Assembly (NCBI RefSeq): GCF_009914755.1
Contig: NC_060925.1
From: the human T2T-CHM13v2.0 reference genome, Homo sapiens
Strand: one strand, 5' to 3'
DNA length: 64,000 nucleotides
The notes beneath the pieces were generated by a model, which was not told the origin of the DNA, ran no database searches, and saw nothing but the letters and a program-made list of their open reading frames with translations. A program made the position numbers and the translations under genes. Every line of letters begins with the position of its first letter. Within the stretch, counting starts at the first letter, position 1. Positions 54,900 to 64,000 of this stretch are shown here, piece by piece.

Positions 54900-55282
54900 T
54901 GATATGGTTTGGCTCTGTGTCCCCACCCGAATCTCATCTTAAACTGTAATCCCCACATGTCAAGGGAGGGATCTTTAATCCCCACATGTCAAGGGAGCAA
55001 GGTGATTGAATCATGGGGAGGGTTTCCCTCCTGCTGTTCTCCTGATAGTGGATGAGTTCTCAGTAGATCTGATGGTATTATAAGTGCTTGGAAGTTCCTC
55101 CCTCACTCTTCTCTCTCCTGCCACATTGTGAAGACAATGTCTACTTCCCCTTCTGCCATGATTATAACTTTCCTGAAGCCTCCCTAGGCATACAGAACTA
55201 TGAGTTGATAAAACATTTTTCCTTTATAAATCACCTAGTCTCAGGGAAGTTCTTTACAGCAGTGGTAAAATGAACTAATAAA
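54900..55282 (+). mobile_element. THE1D-like solo LTR
   Basis: TGATATGGTTTGGCTCTGTGTCCCCACC start; perfect 5-bp TSD CCATA (54895-54899, 55283-55287). Confidence 0.88.
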
Positions 55283-58200
55283 CCATATACCTTCTTTTAT
55301 CTTGAAGGTGGTGTCCATTAATTTCCCCTTTTTTTCCTTTATATCCTATTTTATTTCAGCAGTTATACCAGTTAAGATTTTTCTGTACTCTCTCTCCCTT
55401 AATTTCAGTAGTCTGCACTCTAATTTATTTTTAATAGCTTTCTGCATTTTGGTGATGTTGTTTAATTAAGTCAAATTGTTTCTTTTTAAAAACAACTGCC
55501 ACATTTACTGGCTATTCCATTATTGGCTCAAATTTGTACCTATCCTTTGGGATATTAGTGTTATTTAACTTCTGAATGCTCATTATTGATCCTATAAATT
55601 TATTGAGATGTCTTTGGACATCTGAAGATATAACCTGCATAGTACTTTCTTTATGTGTTTCTATGGGACTAGTGGAATGATCAATTTGGATAAAATAGGA
55701 AAATATACTGTGAACTACATGCTAGAAAATGCAAAGAAAATAATTGTCATTGTGCTCAACATGTGAAATATTCTACGATGCTAGATTATATCTGCCAGTG
55801 CTTCAGGAAATGGTATTTGGATAAATTAATTAGTACTTCGTTGATATGTTATTTATCGTATATTGGCTATAAAAATTATAGTTCAAATTATTAATCTTTT
55901 AGTAGTGGCTTACGTTTGTACATTATACTTGGAATATGCTAGTATAAAATGAGAGAGGACATAAATTACTATACTAGAAACATAAAAGTTTAAGAAGTGG
56001 CATCTCTACAGATTCCATGAATATTAAAAAGTGGAATAGAAGACTCCACTGATCATCCTGCACAACCTCCCACCTCTTCTGCAAGGACACTATTTTAACA
56101 ATTATCTGCGCAGAAAAAATACCTTCATAAAAACAAAAAACAGGTGAGCATTCACAGTACTTGGTTTAACTTCATATTGCTGAAAAAGCCACTGAAGAGA
56201 TAGAAAAAAACAGGCTGGAATCACCAATGCCACCCCTTTCCCACCCCCAGCAGCAGCGGCATGGTATTGGGAGACATTGGACTCAGTGTTGTCCTGTTAG
56301 AGCAGAAAGAAAAACCTGACCAAACCCAGCTGACACTCACAGAGAGAGCATTTAAGTCATTCCTAGCTGAAGGGGATCATGGATTTCAGTGATTGGATCA
56401 TGAGTGCCTGCAAACCTTGCCATAGATGGTTATGGCACTCTGTGTCTCCAAGTAAATTTGAAAGGCAGTCTAGTCCATAAGGACTGAAACTCTTAGGTGA
56501 GTCCTGGTGCTGAGCTAGGCCCAGACAGTCAACTGGAGGAGGGTCATGCAACATACCAAGACACGAGCTGGGGCAGCCAAGGTAATGCTGGCATCATCCC
56601 TCCCATTACTCCATGTTGCACAGCTCACAGCTGCAAAACAGATCCTTTCCTTCTGCTTGAGAAGGGGAGTGAGAAGAATGGGAAGGACTTTGTCTTGCAT
56701 CTTGGATACCTGCTCAGCCACAGCAGGATAAGGCACTGGACAGGGTCGTGAGGCCCCTGTTCCAGGTCTTATTTCCCAGATGACATTTCTAGACATATCC
56801 TGGGCATGATAGAAACAAGCTGTCTTGAAGGAAAGCAACCAGTCCTGGCAGCATTCATCACCTGCTAACTGTAGAGCCTTGGGCCCTGAATAACCAGCAA
56901 CAATACCCAAGTACTACATTGAGGGACTTGGGTGAGCCTCTGAAACTTACTGGCTTCATGTGAGTCTCAGCACATTACCAGCTGTTGTGGCTACACAGCA
57001 AAACTCTTTCTGCATGACAGAGAAGCAGAGGGAAAAGTAAAGGGAACTTCTTCCTAAACAGTAAGTACCAGCACAACCACACGATTCAGAGAACCAAACG
57101 AGCTCTTGAGTACCCAGTTCCAGGACTATATTCTTAGTCAGCATTTCTGAAGCTGCCCTGGGCAAGAGGGGAGCCCACCGACCTGAATAGTAAGTCTGAG
57201 GCCAGGTAGCATTCATTACAAGCTGACTTAAGAGCGCTTGGGCCTTAAGGGAAGAGTAGCTGGTAGTTTGGCAGTACTCCTCATGGTCTGGAGTGCTGAT
57301 GGCTAGGGATTGAGGCTCCTCTGTCCTTGGAAAGGAGAGGGAATAGGAAGAAGGACTGCATTTTGTGGTTTGTGTGCCAGCTCAGCTAGCAATACAATAG
57401 AAAACCAGGTAGATGACTGAGGTTTATGACTAGCCCCTGATTCCTGGACAGCACCTCTGGACCCACCCAGGTCCTGGGGATCCGCACTGCCCTGAAAGGA
57501 AGAACACAGGACTGACTGGCTTTTCCACCTGCTGACTGTAGAGCCCCAGGGCCTTGAATGAACATATGCAATAGCCAGGGAATGGTTACAGCAGCCTGGG
57601 TGAGGCTCAGTGCTATTCGGTTTTCAGGTCTGACCCAGTGCACTCATAGTGGTAGTGGCCACAGGGGTGCTTGTCATTCTAGCCCCAGCATTAGGTGGCT
57701 CAGAACAGACAGAAAAAAACTCTGTTAGTTTGGGAGAAACTGAGAGAAGAAAACAAGAGTCTCTGCCTGGTAATCAAGAGGATTCACCCAGATCTTGTCC
57801 AAGACCATCAAGGTGTTACCTCTATGAGTCTGCAATAACCACAGCTTTACTGGACTTAGGGTACCCCCTAAAGTAGATACACCTTAGATCACAACACCCA
57901 AGTACTTTCCAACATCTGAAAAGCCTTCTCAAAAATGACAGCTAAAAATAAGCCCAGACAGTGAAGACTACAATAAATATCTAACTCCTCAAGGCCTAGA
58001 CACTGAAGAACACCTGCTATCATTAACATTCTCCAGGAAAAAAAAAAATGACTTTACCAAATGAACTAAAACAGACACCAGGGACCAGTCCTGAAGAAAT
58101 AGAGATATGTAACCTTTCAGACAGAGAATTCAAAATAGTTGTGTTGAGAAAACTCAAAGAAATTCAACATAACACGGGGAAGAAATTCAGAATTCTGTCA

Positions 58201-58815
58201 AATTTAACAAAGAGATGAAATAATTAAAAAGAATCAAGCAGAAATTCTTAAGCTAATAAAAGCAATTGGCATAATGAAAAACGCATGAGTCCTTTAATAG
58301 CAGAATGGATCAAGCAGAAAAAAGAATTGGTGAGCTTGAAGACAGGCTATTTGAAAATACACCAGCCAGAGGAGACAAAAAAGAATAAAAAACAATGAAG
58401 CATACCTACAGGATCTAGAACATAACCTCAGAAGAGCAAATCTAAGAGTTATTTGCCTTAAAGAGGAGGGAGAGAAAGAAATATGTTTATTCAAAGTGAT
58501 AATAACTGAGAATGTAATAAACCTAGAGAAAAAATTAATATCCAAATATGAGAATATTCTGGAACACCAAGTAGATTTAACCCAAAGAAGGCTACCTCAA
58601 CTCATGTAATAATCAAACTCCCAAGGGTCAAGCTTAAAGAAAGGATCCTAAAGGTAGCAAGAGTAAAGAAACAAATAGCATACAATAGAGCTCCAACAAA
58701 TCTAGTAGCAGACTTTTCAGTAGAAAATTTACAGGCAAGGAGAGAGTGGCATAATATATACATATATATAAAGTGTTGAAAGAAAAGTCCTATATTCTAG
58801 AATATTATATCTGGC

Positions 58816-61206
58816 TGATATGGTTTGGCTCTGTGTCCCCACCAAAATCTCATGTTGAATTGTAATCCCCAATGTTGGGGGAGGGACCTGGTGGGAGGTG
58901 ATTGAATCTTGGAAGCAAAGTTTTCCCTTGCTGTTCTCAAGATAGTGATTTCTCATGAGACCTGGTTGGTTAAAAGTGTGTAGCACTTCTCCCTCACTCT
59001 CTCTCTATTCTGGCACAATGTGAGAACATGTTTGCTTCCTCTTCATCCTTCTGCCATGATTGTAAGTTTCCTGAGGCCTCCTTAGCCATACCTTCTGTAC
59101 AGAAGAAAAAAGTTTAAATGAAACAATGGAACTGTCATCAATTATACTTTTTTTTATATAAATTACCTAGTGTCAGTTGGTTTTTTATACCAGTTTGAGA
59201 AGAGAGTAATACAGAAAATTGGTACAAGATAAGTGGGGCATTTCTATAAAGATACCTGAAAATGTGGAAGTGACTTTGGAATGAGTAACAGGCAGAGGTT
59301 GGAGCAATTTGAAGGGTTTACAAAAAGACGAGAAGATAAGGGAAAGTTTGGAACATCCTAGAGATTTGTTGAATAGTTGTGACCAAAATGCTGACAAGGA
59401 TATGGACAATGAAGTCCAGTCTGAGGAGGTCTTAGATGGTGATGAGAAAGTTATTGAGAACTGGAGTAAATGTCACTCTTGCTATACTTTAGCAAAGAGA
59501 CTGGAAACATTGTGCACCTGCCCTAGAGATCTGTGGAACTTTGAGCATGAGAGAGATGATATAGGATATTTAGTGGAAGAAATTTTTAAGCAGCAAAGTA
59601 TTCAATATGTAATCTGGCTGCTTCTAACAGCATACACTCATATGCTTTTGCAGAGAGGTGATCTGAAATTGGAACTTACCTTTAAAAGAGGAGAGCATAG
59701 AAGTTTGAAAAATTTGCAGCCTAACCATGTGGTAGAAAAAAAAATTTCTGGGGAGGAATTTAAGCTGGCTGCTGAAATTTGCATAGGTAAAGAGGAACCG
59801 GATGAGGTTAATAGCCAAGAAAATGGGGAAAATGTCTCCAAGACATTTCAGAGATCTTTGTGGCAGCCCCTCCCATCATAGGCCTGGAGGTCTAGGAGGG
59901 AAAAATGGTTTCATAAGCCAGGCCCTGGGTCTGCTTCTCTGTGCAGCCTCCAGACATGGCATCATACATTGGGACCACTACAGCTACAACCATGGCTAAA
60001 AGAAGCCAAGGTACAGCTCAGATTGTTGCTTCAGAGGGTGCAAGCCCCAAGCCTTGGTGGCTTTCATGTGGTCTTGGGTCTGCAGGTGGGCAGAGGGCAA
60101 GAGATGAGGCTTGGGAGCCTCTGCCTAGATTTCAGAGGATGTATGAAAACACCTGGATGTCCAGTCAGAAGTCTGCTGCAGGGGTAGAGCCCTTGTGGTG
60201 ACCCTCTACTAGGACAGTGTGGAGGGGAAATGTGGGGTTGTAACTCTCACACAGAATCCCCAATGGGACACTGCCCAGTGGAGGTATGAGAAGAGGGTCA
60301 CTGTCCTCCAGACCCCAGAATGGCAGATCCACCGACAGCTTGCCACTGTGCACCTAGAAAAGCCACTGGCACTCACTGCCAGCCCAGGAAAGTAGCCTCA
60401 GTAGGTGTGCCCTGCAGAACCACAGGGGCAGAGCTGCCCAAGGCCTTGGGAGCCTACCCCTTTCATCAGTGTGGCCTGGATGTAAGAAATGGAGTCAAAA
60501 TAAGTTATTTTGGAGTGTTAAGATTTAATGACTGACCTGCTGGTTTTGGACTCACATGGCACCTGTAACTCCTTTATTTTGGCCAATTTCTCCCTTTTGG
60601 AATGGGAGCATTTACCCAATGCCTGTACTCCCATAGTACCATGCAAGTAACTAACTTTTATTTTACATACTCGTAGGTGAAAGATGCTAACTTTCCTTCA
60701 GATGAGTCTTTGAACTTGGACTTTTGAGTTAATGCTGAAATGAGTTAAGACTGTGAGGGATTGTTGGGAAAGCATGATTGTGTTTTGCAATATGAGAAGG
60801 ACATGAGATTTGGGAGGGGCCAGGGGTAGAATGATATGGTTTGGCTCTGTGTCCTCATCCAAATTTCATGTTGAATTGTAATCCCCAATGTTGGGGAAGA
60901 AACCTCTTGGGAGGTGATTGAATCATGGCAGGGGACTTCTCCCTTGCTGTTCTTATGACAGTTTGTTCTCATAAGAGCTGGTTGTTTGAAAGTGTGTAGC
61001 ACTTCCCTCTTTGATCCCTTTCTCTCCTGCTGCCATGTGAATATGTGCTTGTTTCCCCTTCACCCTTATGCCACGATCGTAAGTTTTCTGAGACATTCTC
61101 AACCATGCCTCTTGTACAGCCTGTGTAAAAAATGAAACCTCTTTTTAAAAATAAATTACCCAGTCTCAGATAGTTCTTTATAGTAGGGTGGGAATGGACT
61201 CATACA
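58816..61206 (+). mobile_element. MSTA-type MaLR provirus (LTR 58816-59213, internal 59214-60831, LTR 60832-61206) inserted in L1 ORF1
   Basis: Two homologous TG...CA LTRs; polypurine tract TTTGGGAGGGGCCAGGGGTAGAA before the 3' LTR; internal ORF remnant 59309-59881. Confidence 0.9.
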
Positions 61207-61954
61207 TGGGTGGAAATATCCCTCAAACATGAAAGAGAAATAAAGAGTTCCCAGACAAACAAAAGCTGAGGGATTTCATCAATATTAGACCCATCCTACA
61301 AGAAATGTTAAAGGGAGTACTTCAGTCAGAAATAAAATGACACTAATGAGCAATAAATAATCATCTAAAGGTACAAAACTCACTGTTAATAGTAGGTACA
61401 CAAAAAACACAGAATATTATAACCCTTTAAATGTGTTGTATAAACAACTCTTAGCTAGAAAGACCAAATGATGAACCAGTCAAAAATAATAACTACAACA
61501 ACTTTGAAGACATAGTCAGTATAATAAGATAAAAGTAGGGACAACAAAATGATAAAAAGCGTGGGGATAAAGTTAAAGCATAATGTTTTTATTCATTTTA
61601 TTTTGCTGTTTGTTTATGCAAATAGTGTTAAGATGTTATCAGGTTAGGACAATAGATTATAAGACGGTATTTGCAAGCCTCATGGTAATCTCAAACCAAA
61701 AAACATACAAGGGACACACAAGAAACAGAAAGCAAAAAACTCAATCATATCACCAGAGAAAATCTCCTTCACTAGAGGAAGACAGTAATAAAAGAAAGAA
61801 AAAAAAGAGACCACAAAACAACAAGAAAACACATAACAAAATGTCAGAAGTAAGTGCTTAATTATCAATAACATTGAACGTAAATGTACTAAACTCTTCA
61901 ACCAAAAGACATAGCCTGGTTGAATGGTTGGGGAAAAAAAAGCCTATTGATCTA

Positions 61955-62409
<455 letters not shown>

Positions 62410-62767
62410 TCAGACAAAATAGATTTCAAGACAAAGACTATAACAAGAGACAAAGAAGGTCACTATATAAATAATAATAAAAGGGTCAATTCAGTAAGAG
62501 GATATAACAACTTAAAATATATATGCACTCAACACTGGAGCACCCAAATGTATGAATGAAACATTATTAGAGCTAAAGAGAGAGATAGAACTCAATACAA
62601 AAATGGCTGGAGACTTCAGTATCCCACTTACAGCACTGGGCAGATAGTTCAGACAGAAAATCCACAAAGAACCAACAAATTTAATCTGCACTGTGGACCA
62701 AATGGATCTAATAGATATTTACAGGATATTTCATCCAAAGGCTGCAGAATATACATTATTTTCCTAA

Positions 62768-62980
<213 letters not shown>

Positions 62981-63521
62981 TAGACCATATGTTAGATCAC
63001 GAAACAAAAAAAAGTCTTAAAACATTCAAAAAAAATTGAAACAATATCAAGTATCTTTTATGACCACCATGGAATAAAACTAGGAATGAATAATGAGAGA
63101 AATTTTGGAAAGTCTGCAAATACATGGAAATTAAGTAATGTGCTTCTGAATGACCAGTGGTCAGAATAAATGAAGAGGAAAATTGAAAAATTTTTTGAAA
63201 CAAATGATAATGGAAACAACATACCAAAACCTATGGATACAGCAAAAGCGGTACTAAGAGGGAAGTTAACAGCGATAGTGCCCACTTGAAAAGGAGGGAA
63301 AACTTCAAACAAACAATTTAACAATGCATCTTAAAGAACTAGAAAAAAAGAGTAAACCAAACCCCAAATTAGTCTAAGAAAAAATAATAATAAAGATGAG
63401 AGCAGTCATAAATAAATTTGAAATGAAAAAACAATACAAAATATCAATGAAACAAAAGTTGTTTATTTATTTTTTTGGAAAGATAAACAAAACTGAAAAA
63501 ACTTCAGCCAGACTAATGAAG

Positions 63522-63572
63522 AAAATAAATAAATAAATAAATAATAAATAAATAAAATAAAATCATAAATAA
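63522..63572 (+). repeat. (TAAA)n/(TAA)n microsatellite inside L1
   Basis: Read directly from the sequence. Confidence 0.85.
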
Positions 63573-64000
63573 AAAAAGAAATTACAACCAATACTGAAGA
63601 AAGTCAAAGGATAATTAATGGCTACTATAAACACCTAAATGCCAATAAATTGGAAAATATAGAAAAAAATAGAGAAATTCCTAGATACATACAATCTATC
63701 AAGATTGAACCAGGAATAAATCCAAAACCTGAACATAACAGTAACAAGTAATGATATCGAAGCCATAATAAAAAGTCTCCCAGTAAAGAGAAGCCCAGGA
63801 TCTGATGCCTTCAATGCTGAATTTTATCAAACATGTAAGGAAGAACTAATACTAATCCTGCTCAAACTATTCAAAAAATAAAGGATGAAGGAATATTTCC
63901 AAACTCATTCTACAAGGCCAGTATTACCCTGACACCAAAACAGACAAAGAAATATCAAAAAAGGGAAACTACAGGCCAATATCTCTGTTAAATATTGATG

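Noticed and set aside
54945-54998. Tandem duplication TAATCCCCACATGTCAAGGGAG in the solo LTR
   Set aside because: I recall this duplication as a feature of THE1D-type LTR variants rather than locus-specific.

Overview
This is AT-rich, repeat-dense primate (very probably human) non-coding DNA, either intergenic or deep intronic. I can support no host protein-coding exon, tRNA, rRNA or CRISPR array. Almost every recognisable ORF in the track is a decayed L1, MaLR, Tigger or Alu fragment. Major elements: an internally deleted Tigger1 (8.4-9.6 kb); a MER52A solo LTR nested in MER3 nested in L2 (16.6-18.6 kb); a near-full-length L1PA7 on the minus strand (20.2-25.9 kb); a MER61 LTR split by AluY; three MaLR proviruses (MLT1C/D-type, THE1A, MSTA-type) plus a solo THE1D-like LTR within 44.8-61.2 kb; and an old L1M1/L1MA element running off the right edge. 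Family names come from my recollection of consensus sequences and need RepeatMasker/Dfam confirmation. I found no convincing new biological system. The most unusual observations are: (1) an inverted, TSD-less Alu right arm that shares private mutations with an Alu about 400 bp away, suggesting a locally templated insertion; (2) a 62-bp polyadenylated ERV1-LTR fragment with a TSD, apparently retroposed by L1; (3) a non-repeat segment at 33.2-33.8 kb with an exact MITF M-box, SOX sites and a TACTAAC-branch candidate exon; (4) a THE1A 5' LTR retaining a DUX4 motif and its splice donor.
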